A DNA stretch of 64,000 nucleotides, from contig CAWFJP010000001.1 in the NCBI GenBank assembly GCA_963816145.1, positions 1 to 64,000 of the forward strand. The letters run 5' to 3'. Origin of the DNA: an uncultured delta proteobacterium (GTDB taxonomy: Bacteria > Desulfobacterota > Binatia > UBA9968). Each line of letters opens with the position of its first letter. Position 1 is the first letter of the stretch. The position numbers and the translations under genes were made by a program. The notes under the pieces are model-generated. The model was not told where the DNA came from, made no database searches, and worked only from the letters and a program-made list of their open reading frames with translations. Below are positions 19,888 to 32,406 of this stretch, in pieces.

Positions 19888-20871
19888 CTAACGCAGCATC
19901 GCCGTTGCGATAGCCAGGTAGATCACCACCGATAGTAAATCTTGAATCACCGTCGCCAGCGGGCCGCTGCCGAACGCCGGATCAAAGCCGAACCGGTTGA
20001 ACAGCCATGGCAACGTAAGCGCGACGGCGCTCGCCGTCGTGCATGCCGCTAAAATCGCAAGCGCCACTGCGGCGACCATGCTTGCATCGTCCCAGCGCCA
20101 GAGTCCGATCGGAAAAAAAACCGCCGCTAAGGTGATTCCAACCAGCAAACCGGTATAAACTTCACGCCGCACCACGCCCCCAATGGATACACCTACGGAC
20201 AGTCCTCGTATGACCAGCGCTTCCGTCTGCGTTCCGACGGCGTCGGCAAGATAGACAATGCCGGGAATGAAGAACGCTAACATAACATTTGCCTGAAGTT
20301 GCTGCTCATAGGCGCCGACGATATCGGCGGCCAGAAAAGCTCCCAATAGCCCCACCAATAGCCACGGCACACGGTGCCAAAAGCGCTTTACGACCGGCTC
20401 TTCGCTGGCTGTCCGTGCCATCGACGAGTCACGCAGGAAACCGCCAAGCCGGGCCAGATCTTCGTCGTGCTCGTGAAGCAACACAGCAAGCAACCGGTCA
20501 GGCGTCAAAAACCCGATAAACCGTCCTTCGCCGTCAACCACAGCCAGCGCGCTTTCGCCATGCTGCACCGCCTTCCAAGCGGCTTTTTCCTGGTCGATGC
20601 CTGGCGCCACCACTGGCGGGTCGCCATCCATGATATCGCCGACCTTGGCATCGGCGAGAGCGCCGAAAAGCTCCTCCACTCGCAGCACGCCGACCAGCTT
20701 GCCGTCGTCGCAGACACCGATATGCGTGGCGCTTTCAAAATGCACCCCAGCCATCGACTCGCGCAGCGCGCCCGCGCTGGTTTGCGGCGACGCCACCGGC
20801 ACCAGCGTGCACAGATGTTCCGACGCGGTCTCCGAAATCAACTCGGTAATCGGGATCGGCTCGCCGGGCAT
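19888..20871 (-). CDS. MgtE-like magnesium transporter (CBS pair plus TM domain)
   Basis: CBS domains, R.PWLL, LADAVGTQTE, DPAFGSGPLATVIQD. Confidence 0.9.
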   Translation of the reverse strand: MPGEPIPITELISETASEHLCTLVPVASPQTSAGALRESMAGVHFESATHIGVCDDGKLVGVLRVEELFGALADAKVGDIMDGDPPVVAPGIDQEKAAWKAVQHGESALAVVDGEGRFIGFLTPDRLLAVLLHEHDEDLARLGGFLRDSSMARTASEEPVVKRFWHRVPWLLVGLLGAFLAADIVGAYEQQLQANVMLAFFIPGIVYLADAVGTQTEALVIRGLSVGVSIGGVVRREVYTGLLVGITLAAVFFPIGLWRWDDASMVAAVALAILAACTTASAVALTLPWLFNRFGFDPAFGSGPLATVIQDLLSVVIYLAIATAMLR

Positions 20872-20880
20872 GCCCAAGCC

Positions 20881-21132
20881 TCACGAACCGCCGGTCTTGG
20901 CGAGCAAGTAACTAACGCAGCCGTTCAGCGTGGTGAGCTTGGCGACATCGGCATCGGGAATTTCGATGTTCAACGCCTTGTGCAGGCCGATGACGAAATT
21001 CAAAAAGTCGACGGAATCGATATCGATCTGATCGCGCAAATCCTTCGCGGGATCGATCGTGTTGAAGTCGACCTCCGGCGCAACATTGCCGAGCGCCTCG
21101 CGCACCGCCTGTCTGATTTCACCATCGGTCAT
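20881..21132 (-). CDS. Acyl carrier protein
   Basis: 83 aa acidic; DLRDQIDIDSVDFL phosphopantetheine site. Confidence 0.88.
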   Translation of the reverse strand: MTDGEIRQAVREALGNVAPEVDFNTIDPAKDLRDQIDIDSVDFLNFVIGLHKALNIEIPDADVAKLTTLNGCVSYLLAKTGGS

Positions 21133-21190
21133 GCAATCGCCCCACCTCTGCTCTGTGTGTCCTCAATTATCAATTCTCCATTATCCATTA

Positions 21191-22411
21191 TCAATTATTT
21201 TGCAGCTTCTCCGGTTCTTGCAGCAATCGCTCAATCGCCAGCAAAAACCGCCCGCCGCGATGGCCGTCGCTAACGCGGTGATCGGCGGCGAGGGTTGCGT
21301 CAATGACGGGACGAACTCCGAGCAAGCCGTTCAGCGCCACCGGCCGTTCGGTGATTTTTCCGAAACCCACCAGCGCCACCTGGGGCGGATAGATCACGCC
21401 AAAAACACTTTCGACTCCCTGTTCGCCGAGATTGGTCACCGTGATCGTGCCGTCGGCGAGTTCCGAGCTGCGCAGATGGCCGGTGCGCGCCCGGTTGACC
21501 AGGTCGAGCATGTTCTCCATCAGTTCGTCTAAGTTTTTCTTATCGACATCGTGGATTGCCGGATTGATCAAACCGCCTTGGCGCAAGGAAATCGCCACAC
21601 CGATATGAATACCGTCCGCGGGCTTGAACGCGTCATCTATATAGAAGCCGTTGAGCTCCGGCGTTGCCCGCAATGCCAGGGCGACGGCACGCAGGAGCAA
21701 TGCCGAATACAGCAGCCTTTGGGTCACCGGCCGCTTGGCATTCTCGGCGGCGAGCCAGTCCAAGGCCTTACGCATATCGATCGTGGTCGCGAGATAATAA
21801 TGCGGGATCTCGCGCTTCGAGCGCGCCATCGCCGCGGCGATCACGCGGCGCATCGCGGTCAAATCCAAACCCTTGCTCACGCCAGCCGCTGGCGGCGCGG
21901 TCGGTTGCACCGCCGGCTTTGGACTTTCGACCGCCCGTTCGACATCGGCAAGGGTAATCGAACCGTCACCTCCGCTACCAGCAACCCTGGATAGATCGAC
22001 GCCAAGCTCCTGGGCGCGTTTTCGCGCCAGCGGCGAGACCCGCCATCGACCGGCGGCTTCGGCCGGCGGCGCTGCGGAGGGAATTTTCACTGGTGGTGTT
22101 TCGGCCTTGATCGGCGCCGCCGGTTCGGCGGCGCTAACGGTTGGAGAAGCCACGGGCTGTGGCTCGACTTGCTTTCCGTCCGCCCGCAAGATCGCCAGCG
22201 TCGCGCCCACCGGAACTTTTTGCCCAGCCTGCACCACCAGCGATTCGACGACGCCGGTCTCGAATATTTCGACTTCGATCACGCCCTTCTCGGTTTCAAC
22301 CAAAGCGACCACATCACCGCGCTTGACCGCATCGCCCGGTTTGACGCGCCAGTCGACGATGGTGCCGAACTGCATGTCGGCGCCGAGCGAAGGCATGCGA
22401 AATTCACTCAT
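21191..22411 (-). CDS. pdhC: Dihydrolipoamide acetyltransferase (E2)
   Basis: Lipoyl domain VETEK, E3/E1-binding SPLARKRA, catalytic DHRVSDG. Confidence 0.93.
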   Translation of the reverse strand: MSEFRMPSLGADMQFGTIVDWRVKPGDAVKRGDVVALVETEKGVIEVEIFETGVVESLVVQAGQKVPVGATLAILRADGKQVEPQPVASPTVSAAEPAAPIKAETPPVKIPSAAPPAEAAGRWRVSPLARKRAQELGVDLSRVAGSGGDGSITLADVERAVESPKPAVQPTAPPAAGVSKGLDLTAMRRVIAAAMARSKREIPHYYLATTIDMRKALDWLAAENAKRPVTQRLLYSALLLRAVALALRATPELNGFYIDDAFKPADGIHIGVAISLRQGGLINPAIHDVDKKNLDELMENMLDLVNRARTGHLRSSELADGTITVTNLGEQGVESVFGVIYPPQVALVGFGKITERPVALNGLLGVRPVIDATLAADHRVSDGHRGGRFLLAIERLLQEPEKLQNN

Positions 22412-23399
22412 GACCGGTCACCACCCGGCGCGCCGCAGCAACGATGGCGGGCGTTTGCGGGATCGCCGCGTCTTCCAAATGTTTTGGATAGGGCATTGGC
22501 ACTTCAAAGCTACACACCCGCGCCACCGGCGCATCGAGATCGTAGAAAGCGTTTTCCATGATGCGCGCCATGATCTCGGCCGAGATGCTGCCGCTCTTCC
22601 AGCCCTCATCGATAATGACGGCGCGGTGCGTGCGCTGGATCGATGCAACGATGGCCGCGGTGTCCAACGGCCGCAGCGTGCGCAGATCGATAACCTCGGC
22701 GTCGATGCCGTCGCGCGCCAACTCATCGGCGGCCTGGAGGGTTTTGAACAACGTGCCGCCGTAGGTGATCAAGCTGACCTGTGTGCCGGCACGCCGAATC
22801 GCCGCGCTGGAAATTTCCACTGGCCCCGCATCCGCCGCCATCTCGCCTTCCATGTTGTAGAGCAAACCATGCTCGAAGATCAGCACCGGATCGGGATCTT
22901 CCAACGCGGTCCAGAGCATACCGCGGGCGTCCTCAAGGGTCGCCGGCGTCAGCACCTTGATGCCGGGGATATGCGCGTACCAGCCTTCCAGGCTATGGGA
23001 GTGTTGCGCGGCCAATTGCCGCCCGGCGCCGGTGGTCATGCGAATGACCAGCGGAATATTGAACTGCCCGCCGGACATATGCAGGATCGTCGCCGCGTTA
23101 TTGACGATCTGATCGAGCGCCAACAGACTGAAGTTCACGGTCATGATCTCGACGATCGGACGCATGCCGCCCATGGCGGCGCCGATGCCGGCACCGACAA
23201 ATGCCGACTCCGACAGCGGCGTGTCGCGGATGCGCTCCGGGCCGAATTCTTCGAGCAAACCTTTGCTGACGGCAAAGCAGCCGCCGTAGCGGCCGACATC
23301 TTCGCCCATCAAAAATACCCGCTCATCGCGCAACAGCGCGTCGCGAATCGCCGCGCGCATCGCTTCGCGATAGGTGGTCTTGATTTTTTCCGCATTCAT
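22404..23399 (-). CDS. pdhB: Pyruvate/2-oxoacid dehydrogenase E1 beta
   Basis: [33 protein letters not shown]. Confidence 0.95.
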   Translation of the reverse strand: MNAEKIKTTYREAMRAAIRDALLRDERVFLMGEDVGRYGGCFAVSKGLLEEFGPERIRDTPLSESAFVGAGIGAAMGGMRPIVEIMTVNFSLLALDQIVNNAATILHMSGGQFNIPLVIRMTTGAGRQLAAQHSHSLEGWYAHIPGIKVLTPATLEDARGMLWTALEDPDPVLIFEHGLLYNMEGEMAADAGPVEISSAAIRRAGTQVSLITYGGTLFKTLQAADELARDGIDAEVIDLRTLRPLDTAAIVASIQRTHRAVIIDEGWKSGSISAEIMARIMENAFYDLDAPVARVCSFEVPMPYPKHLEDAAIPQTPAIVAAARRVVTGHE

Positions 23400-24488
23400 A
23401 CTCCCCCTCCTCTTTCCTCCCCCGCTTTGCGGGGGAGGATGAAGGTGGGGGCGGTCTCCGAATAAACAAACCGGGTTAACTCTTCCACCGGCTCCCACTG
23501 TCCAGCCTCGGCGAATTCAATCGACTGTGCGACTTCACGCCCGACTTCCTCTTCCATGCGCTGCCATGCATCTTCCTGCCAGTTATTCTGCTCTTTCAGA
23601 ACGCCGATCGAGTCGATCGATCGGATCGCGCTTTTTCCACTCCTCGACCTCCCGCTTGTCACGATAAAGCTCAGGGTCGTACATCGAATGGGCGCGGAAC
23701 CGGTAGGTGCGATACTCGAGAAAATGCGGTCCGCCGCCGGCGCGCACGGCGGTCGCTGCACGGCGGGTGGCGTCTTCCACAGCGACAACGTCCATGCCAT
23801 CCACCGGCCAAGCCGGGATCTCGAACGCCGAAGCTTTTAGACAAATATCGGTTTCCGACTCCGAGCGCGCCAACGCCGTGCCCATGGCATAAAGATTATT
23901 CTCGCAACAAAACAGCACCGGCAGCTTCCACAACGCGGCGAGATTGAGCGATTCGTGAAACTCGCCTTCGGCGACCGCGCCTTCGCCGAAATAACAGGCG
24001 ACAACCTGTTGGCGGCCGGCGAGTTTAGCGGCCAGAGCCAGACCGACAGCAACCGGCAGGCCGCCGCCGACGATGGCGTTGCCGCCATAGAAATGCGTCG
24101 CGGCATCGAATAAATGCATCGAGCCGCCGCGGCCGCGGCTGCAGCCTTCGAGCTTGCCGTACATCTCCGCCATGATGGCATTGGCCGAGACGCCGCGCGC
24201 CAAGGCGTGGCCATGTTCTCGATAGGTCGCCACGGTGGCGTCTTCCGGTTGCAGCGCTTGCATCGAGCCCACCGCCACCGCCTCTTCACCGATGTAAAGG
24301 TGAACGAAGCCGCGAATCTTGCCAGCGGTGTAAAGTTCGATGCACTTCTCTTCGAGACGGCGAATGCGCAGCATCTCGCGCAACAAAGCCATTGCGTGGT
24401 CGCGGTCAATGGCAGTGATATTTTGCTTTCTCGGAAATCTCCCCAACCCCTCTTTCAAGAGGGGGCATGAAACCGAGCCCGCTTCCAA
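23396..24488 (-). pseudogene. pdhA: Pyruvate dehydrogenase E1 alpha, frameshift near 23609, start uncertain
   Basis: [36 protein letters not shown]; removing one base joins to ...FAEAGQWEP and gives ATGA overlap with pdhB. Confidence 0.85.
23403..23451. repeat. REP-like hairpin inside the pdhA 3' end
   Basis: CCCCCTCCT..TTCCTCCCCCGCTTTGCGGGGGAGGATGAAGGTGGGGG. Confidence 0.75.
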
Positions 24489-24510
24489 AAAGGGGGACCG
24501 AGGGGGATTT
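24435..24510. repeat. Palindromic AAATC(T)CCCC...GGGGGATTT element at the pdhA 5' end
   Basis: Terminal inverted repeats; relative at 57627-57660. Confidence 0.7.
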
Positions 24511-24539
24511 TGTTCGCGCCATCAAGAATAATCTCCATC

Positions 24540-24630
24540 TCACCACGAAGCACACGAAGGGCACGAAGGTTCGGAAACACCTTTTGTCACTCTCCTTTTA
24601 ACTTCGTGATCTTCGTGTCCTTCGTGGTGA
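24540..24630. repeat. Inverted element with (CACGAAG)x3 / (CTTCGTG)x3 arms
   Basis: TCACCACGAAG...CTTCGTGGTGA, 9-bp period. Confidence 0.85.
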
Positions 24631-24662
24631 ATCATCCCTTTCGATATTCCTTTGCCACCACA

Positions 24663-26423
<1,761 letters not shown>

Positions 26424-26442
26424 GACTTATCCTCTCGACCGG

Positions 26443-27810
26443 CTATGCCGGCGGCGCGATGACACCTTCCTGCATGAGCACTCGGGTTTGCTTTTGCGCC
26501 CGGCGGATCATCTTGGTGGCGTTATCGATCAACTCAGCCCGGCTGAGCGGGGTTCTCGCCAAGCCTTGCTCAATCGCTTTCACACCGACCGCTGCCGCCA
26601 CGCGTGGGAACACTTCCCATTCGTCCATGGTCGGTAGAATGTGATTTTCCGCCAGTCCTTTGAGCGCCGCGCAGCTCGCCAACTCCTGCGCCGCGGCGAT
26701 GCACATTTCATCGCTGATCGTCGACGCGCCGACATCGAGGACGCCGCGAAAGATGCCGGGAAAGCCTAACGAATTATTCACTTGGTTGGGGAAATCCGAG
26801 CGGCCGGTGGCGACAATCCTGGCGCCCGCCGCTTGGGCTTCCCAAGGCCAGATCTCCGGCACCGGGTTCGCGCAAGCGAAGACGATCGCATCTTTGGCCA
26901 TCTTCGAAATCCATTCTGCGCTGATCACCCCGGGCCCGGATTTGGCGATGGCGATACAAACATCGGCGCCCTGTAAGGCGACGGCGATCCCGCCGCTCCG
27001 CTGCTCGCGGTTGGTAATCTCACAGAAACGCCATTTGTATGGATTGCGCGCCGATTTGAGGTCCTCGCGGCCGCGGTGCAGGATTCCCTGGGTGTCAACC
27101 ATCAAAAGATTTGCCGGGGAAAATCCCGCAGCGATAAGAACCCGCCCCACCGCAATATTCGCCGCGCCCGCGCCAACCAAGACAACGCGCGCGGCTTCGA
27201 TTGACTTGCCGACGAGCTTTAACGCGTTCATCAGACCGGCCAAGGTGACCGCCGCCGTTCCTTGCTGGTCGTCGTGCCAGACTGGTATCGTCAGTTCTTG
27301 ACGCAGTCGGTCGAGAATGTAGAAACATTTAGGATTGGCGATGTCTTCAAGGTTAATCGCGCCAAAGCTCGGTTCAAGCCATTTACATGCTTGAATGATC
27401 TCCTCCGGATCTTTGGTGGCGAGACAGATCGGGAAGGCGTCGACACCACCAAGATACTTGAACAACAGCGCCTTGCCTTCCATCACCGGCAGCGCGGCGT
27501 GGGGGCCGATGTCGCCCAGTCCCAGGACTCGAGTGCCATCCGAAACCACCGCGACAAAATTTCCTTTGTTGGTGTGACTAAACAACCGCTCGGGGTGCGC
27601 GGCGATGTCGCGGCAAGGCGCGGCAACTCCCGGCGTGTACCAGATCGCGAAGTCGTCGCAGCTCTGGATGCTGCACTTCGGCACCACCTCCAATTTGCCA
27701 CGATACTGCGGGTGCAATCGCAGAGCCTCTTCGCTCGGCTTTTGCGCCTGGGCTAACAAGCTAGCGACGTCTGGTTTATCCGGCGATTCTTGTCGATTGG
27801 TTCCGGCCAT
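26443..27810 (-). CDS. NAD(P)-dependent malic enzyme
   Basis: YTPGVA, DGTRVLGLGDIG, MEGKALLFK, HDDQQGTA, TGRSDFPNQVNN; AGGAG RBS. Confidence 0.95.
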   Translation of the reverse strand: MAGTNRQESPDKPDVASLLAQAQKPSEEALRLHPQYRGKLEVVPKCSIQSCDDFAIWYTPGVAAPCRDIAAHPERLFSHTNKGNFVAVVSDGTRVLGLGDIGPHAALPVMEGKALLFKYLGGVDAFPICLATKDPEEIIQACKWLEPSFGAINLEDIANPKCFYILDRLRQELTIPVWHDDQQGTAAVTLAGLMNALKLVGKSIEAARVVLVGAGAANIAVGRVLIAAGFSPANLLMVDTQGILHRGREDLKSARNPYKWRFCEITNREQRSGGIAVALQGADVCIAIAKSGPGVISAEWISKMAKDAIVFACANPVPEIWPWEAQAAGARIVATGRSDFPNQVNNSLGFPGIFRGVLDVGASTISDEMCIAAAQELASCAALKGLAENHILPTMDEWEVFPRVAAAVGVKAIEQGLARTPLSRAELIDNATKMIRRAQKQTRVLMQEGVIAPPA

Positions 27811-27848
27811 TTGCGCCACACTCCTAGATACTCGACAACTTCCTTTGC

Positions 27849-27863
27849 GCAAGAAATACGCCA
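27849..27863 (-). promoter_or_regulatory. Sigma-54 promoter TGGCGTATTTCTTGC for the malic enzyme-acs-pdh operon
   Basis: GG-N10-GC spacing, 39 bp upstream of the start. Confidence 0.75.
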
Positions 27864-27903
27864 AGGTCTTAACCGTTGAATCGACGGATTTAATGCTAAA
27901 TCT

Positions 27904-27948
27904 TGCCATTCTTGCGAAGCCGCAACCGGTTTTTTTTCACAGTTGAAA
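27904..27948. promoter_or_regulatory. Putative activator sites TGCCA-N4-TGCGA and TTTCA-N4-TGAAA, 31 bp apart
   Basis: Second site is centred between divergent promoters; same geometry as 14940-14984. Confidence 0.65.
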
Positions 27949-28018
27949 AAAACGACTGCAAATCTATCGATTGATCGACACTATTCGCAGTCTTATCGTT
28001 CTCGCCGGCACGAGAAGG

Positions 28019-28033
28019 CGGCACTGAAATTGC
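28019..28033 (+). promoter_or_regulatory. Sigma-54 promoter CGGCACTGAAATTGC
   Basis: Consensus spacing, upstream of DUF2267. Confidence 0.7.
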
Positions 28034-28091
28034 TCGATTTCTAGAATCGAAGAGCGCTGTAGTTTGGAATTCACGCAAAGGAGAATCGGCA

Positions 28092-28589
28092 ATGAAAACC
28101 GGACCGAGTTATCGCTACAAACTGGTTAGCCGTAAACCAAAACGCAAAACCAGCCATGGTCTGTTCGACGGCACGCTGCAGAAAACCCAGATCTGGCTAA
28201 ACGATCTCATGTCGGAACTCGACTGGGAAGACAAACCGGACAAGGCTTACTTCGCCCTGCGCACGGTGCTACACGCCCTGCGCGACCGTTTGACGGTTGA
28301 AGAAGCGGTCCAGCTAGGCGCGCAGTTGCCGATGCTGGTGCGCGGTTTTTACTACGACGGCTGGACGCTCAAGGGCAAACCGCACAAGGAACGGCACAAA
28401 GAAGACTTTCTCGAGCATATCAAGGAGGCGTTCAAAGGCGACGTTACGGTCAGACCGGAAAGCATCGCGCGCGCGGTTTTCAAGGTACTGGAACTCCACA
28501 CCAGTGACGGCGAGATCGCCGACGTGAAAAATCTCTTGCCGAAAGCGCTCCATGAGCTATGGCCGAAACGACGCAAGCTGTCCGCATAA
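28092..28589 (+). CDS. DUF2267 family protein
   Basis: FD.TLQKT..WL...AY.ALR.VLHALRDRL..EEA.QLGAQLP.LVRG.YY.GW. Confidence 0.9.
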   Translation: MKTGPSYRYKLVSRKPKRKTSHGLFDGTLQKTQIWLNDLMSELDWEDKPDKAYFALRTVLHALRDRLTVEEAVQLGAQLPMLVRGFYYDGWTLKGKPHKERHKEDFLEHIKEAFKGDVTVRPESIARAVFKVLELHTSDGEIADVKNLLPKALHELWPKRRKLSA

Positions 28590-28667
28590 GCTGGCATGAA
28601 CAGCTTGTGAACGGTGGGGATATCCAAATGTGCCGAATGATAGACGCATAGCCCGGGATGAAGTGCC

Positions 28668-29787
28668 GTGATCGGTTCGCCACAGAAACGCGACTACTAC
28701 GAGGTGCTCGGCGTCGAGCGATCGGCCGATCAGGAGCAGATCAAACAGGCCTATCGTCAACTGGCGATGAAGTGGCATCCTGACCGCAACACAGCGCCGG
28801 ATGCCGCGGATAAGTTCAAAGAGATCGCCGAAGCCTACGCCGTCTTGTCCGATCAAACCAAGCGTCAAGCCTATGATACCACCGGCCACGCCGGCGTAAG
28901 CGAGCGCTGGAGCACCGAAGATATTTTCCGTGACTTCGATTTCGGCGATTTCTTTGGCGGACGGTCGAGCGATATCTGGAGCGTGTTCGGCAACCTATTT
29001 CCCGGCCGCCGAACGCGCGCGCCGATAACGCCTCAGGGCGCCGATTTACACTACGATTTGCATATTACCCTGGACGACGCCGCCAAGGGCGGCTACCGCG
29101 TGATCGAACTCACGCGCTCGGATCTCTGCAAGAGCTGCGGCGGCAACGGCGCCAAGCCGGGAACCAAACCGGTCAGCTGCGTCGAATGTCATGGCAGCGG
29201 CGAGCAGCAACAGGCGCGCACCGACAAGCGGATGCGGGTCTTGACCATAACCACATGCCCGCGCTGTAATGGCCGCGGCCAGTTCATCGAGTCGCCCTGC
29301 GCCACCTGTAATGGCAGCGGCCTACAATTCCTGCCGCACTCGATCAAAGTGCAAATTCCCGCCGGCGTCGAACATGGCATGCTGCTCCGGCTCGCCGGCC
29401 AAGGCGAAGGCGGACCTCAAGGCGCGCGCGCCCGGCGATCTGCTGGTGCGGGTCTATATTCAGCCCCATGCCACGCTGAAGCGCGACGGCGACGACCTTT
29501 ATACAGTTGCAGCGATTTCGTTTCCCGACGCTGCGCTCGGCACCAAAGTGACGGTCGCATGCCTTGAAGGCGAAAAAGTCATCGTCACCGTGCCGCCGGG
29601 CACGCAACATGGCACGCTGCTGCGCGCCCGCGGCAAGGGCATGCCCCGGCTGCACGGCAGAGGCAAGGGCGATCTCTATGTCGTGGTCGAAGTAAAAACG
29701 CCGACGGACTTGACGCCGCGGCAACGCGAACTACTCAGAGAGTTTAAAATGGAGGCAAGCAGGAAAACGGCGGCGACGGGATCGTGA
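28668..29787 (+). pseudogene. dnaJ: DnaJ chaperone, frameshift near 29425
   Basis: DYYEVLG, HPD, four CxxCxGxG; C-terminal PGDL...GKGMP continues in another frame after a GC run. Confidence 0.88.
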
Positions 29788-29847
29788 CGCGAGTTCCTCG
29801 CAGCGTTCGGCGACATGCGCGAACCTCAGTGGATCATCGGCTTTGAC

Positions 29848-30454
29848 ATGAATACAACACGCTATGTTCTCGCACTGTTTCTGGTCATCACTCTGCCGCC
29901 GCTGTTTCTCTACTGGCTACTGATCCATCCGTTTGTCAATTTTTGGCGCGGCCAAGGCATCGGTCCAACCTACACGATGATTCTCAGCGTGATTGGCGCG
30001 GCCATGATCGGCTTATTCGCGCTGCGCCATTTTTTGCTCGGCATCGACTATGGCACCAGCTATCTCCTCACCGCCTTGGGCGTGGCGCTTTTGATCGTTG
30101 CCGGATCGCTGCGCTTAAAGCTGCAAAAACATCTCGATCTAAGAACGCTGGTAGGCTTTCCCGGAGATCGCTCCCGACCGCTTCCCGCGCCCGCTCATCA
30201 CTGAAGGAGTCTATGCGCGCATACGCCACCCGCGCTATGTGCAGCTCTTGATCGCCCTCGCTGGTTACGCATTGATCGCCAATTACTTGGCGGCGTATCT
30301 CGCTGTTGCGCTATGGGTACCGGGGATCTACGTCATTGCCGTGCTGGAAGAAAAGGAACTACGCGCTCACTTCGGTGATGCTTACGACGACTACTGCCGC
30401 AAGGTGCCGCGTTTTCTCCCCAAGCTCAAGAGCGATTCGAGCTCCATAGGCTGA
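29848..30454 (+). pseudogene. Isoprenylcysteine carboxyl methyltransferase-family membrane protein, frameshift near 30160
   Basis: LITEGVYARIRHPRY and EE.EL..HFG.AY..Y...VPRF motifs split over two frames. Confidence 0.75.
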
Positions 30455-30457
30455 ATC

Positions 30458-31606
30458 ATGAGCAGACCTGACACTGCACCGGCGGCGATGGCAAATCAAG
30501 CAGGGAGTCTTTTCATCGACGCGGACGGCACGCTCCGCTGCGCCGGCGCCTGGACGCTCGATCATCTGGCGGGACTCGAGCGTCAGATTCTCTCACTCCC
30601 CAAGACGTTCACTGGCCCGATCATCTGCGATGTCGCCGCCATCGATGCCATGGACACCGGCGGGGCGTGGCTGCTGCAGCGAACGTTGAGCCAGCTCGAA
30701 CGCAGCGGTGGCACCGTCTCGCTGCGGGGCTTGTCGAATGATTTTGCCACGCTCATGCAGACCGTGGCGCACGGCTGGACGCAATGCCAAAAGCTCCAAC
30801 CCGTAACCGATAGCGGTTGGCTGGAGCGAGTCGGCCGGTTCGCCTGGTCTTACGCGGCAAATATGCGCAAAGGCCTCGCATTCGTCGGCGAAACCGCGGC
30901 CGTTTCTTCTTCTTTGCTCACCCACGCCAATCGAATCCGTTGGCGTGTGCTGCTTTACAATCTCCAGGTCGACGGTCTCAGCGCCCTGCCGATCATCGGC
31001 ATGCTGTCATTTCTGATGGGCGTTGTCATCGCCTATCAAGGCGCCGAGCAATTGAGGACATTCGGCGCCAATATCTTCATCGTCGATCTGGTCGGCATCG
31101 CGCTATTGCGCGAAATCGCGCCGCTGGTGACGGCGATTCTGGTTGCCGGCCGCTCCGGCTCGGCCTACGCCGCGCAGATCGGCACCATGACGGTGACGGA
31201 AGAGCTCGACGCGTTGCGCTCATTAGGCATTTCGCCCATGAGTTTATTGGTCATCCCCCGAGCCATCGCCTTGGTCATTGCCCTCCCTTTGCTGACGGTG
31301 TTTGCCGACGCGGTCGGGGTATTCGGCGGCATGTTGATCGCGTTGAGCCAGCTCGGCATTACGTTTACGGAATTCCTCGACCGCTTTGAATACGCGATCG
31401 TTTTGCGCCAATACCTCATTGGGATTGGCAAGACACCGGTGTTCGCTGCGATCATCGCACTTGTCGGTTGTTACCAAGGGTTCCAGGTGTCTGGCGGCGT
31501 CGACAGCGTTGGCCGCCACACCACCATCAGCGTCGTCCAAGCGATCTTTCTAGTCATTGTCACCGACGCCTTCTTTTCCATCCTGTTCAGCTGGTGGGAA
31601 GTATGA
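30458..31606 (+). CDS. mlaE: MlaE-family ABC permease with N-terminal STAS-like domain
   Basis: MDTGGAW; LREIAPLVTAILVAGRSGSAYAAQIGTM.VTEE.DAL. Confidence 0.92.
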   Translation: MSRPDTAPAAMANQAGSLFIDADGTLRCAGAWTLDHLAGLERQILSLPKTFTGPIICDVAAIDAMDTGGAWLLQRTLSQLERSGGTVSLRGLSNDFATLMQTVAHGWTQCQKLQPVTDSGWLERVGRFAWSYAANMRKGLAFVGETAAVSSSLLTHANRIRWRVLLYNLQVDGLSALPIIGMLSFLMGVVIAYQGAEQLRTFGANIFIVDLVGIALLREIAPLVTAILVAGRSGSAYAAQIGTMTVTEELDALRSLGISPMSLLVIPRAIALVIALPLLTVFADAVGVFGGMLIALSQLGITFTEFLDRFEYAIVLRQYLIGIGKTPVFAAIIALVGCYQGFQVSGGVDSVGRHTTISVVQAIFLVIVTDAFFSILFSWWEV

Positions 31607-32406
31607 ATACGCCACTCAAGCCCGCGACACCAGCCGACTCGCTGATCGAAGTCAGCCATATCTGCACATGTTTCGGTGCCGCCACCGTCCATGACGATGT
31701 CAGCCTGACGATCAAAAAAGACGAGGTGTTCGCCATAGCCGGCGGCAACGGCAGCGGCAAGTCGGTGTTGATGCGCGAGATGATTCTGTTGCAACAACCC
31801 ACGGCGGGGGAGATTCAAATCTTTGGTCAAAACATCCGGCAGCTGAACGCCGCCGACATCTCGGCGCTGCGGCGGCGCTGCGGCGTGTTATTCCAACATG
31901 GCGCGCTGTTCAGCTCTCTAAATGTTGTCGAAAATGTCGCCGTGCCGCTGCGCGAGCATACCAACTTGAGCAAGCGATTAATCGAAGAACTTGCTTTGCT
32001 GAAGATCGCCAGCACCGGTTTTCCCATGGCCAGCGTCGGCAAATTTCCCAACGAACTGAGCGGCGGCATGCGCCGGCGCGCCGCCCTGGCGCGCGCCATG
32101 GCCTTGGATCCGGAAATCCTGTTTCTCGATGAGCCGACCTCGGGGCTCGATCCGCTCAGCGCCGCCGGCTTCGACGAACTGATCCTGCAGCTGCGCGAAT
32201 GGTTTCGTCTGACCATCGTCATCATCACCCATGATTTAGATTCTCTCTGGCGGATTGCCGATCGCGTCGCCGTCCTGGGCAATGGCAAAGTGTTGGGTCT
32301 CGGCAGCATGAGCGAACTTTCCGCGTCGACCGATCCGATGATTCATGAGTATTTTTATGGGCCGCGCGGCCGCGCGGCCAGGGAGCAAGCATGGAACCGA
32401 AAGTAA
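31603..32406 (+). CDS. mlaF: MlaF-family ABC ATPase
   Basis: GGNGSGKS, LSGGM, LFLDEPTSGLDP. Confidence 0.93.
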   Translation: MNTPLKPATPADSLIEVSHICTCFGAATVHDDVSLTIKKDEVFAIAGGNGSGKSVLMREMILLQQPTAGEIQIFGQNIRQLNAADISALRRRCGVLFQHGALFSSLNVVENVAVPLREHTNLSKRLIEELALLKIASTGFPMASVGKFPNELSGGMRRRAALARAMALDPEILFLDEPTSGLDPLSAAGFDELILQLREWFRLTIVIITHDLDSLWRIADRVAVLGNGKVLGLGSMSELSASTDPMIHEYFYGPRGRAAREQAWNRK

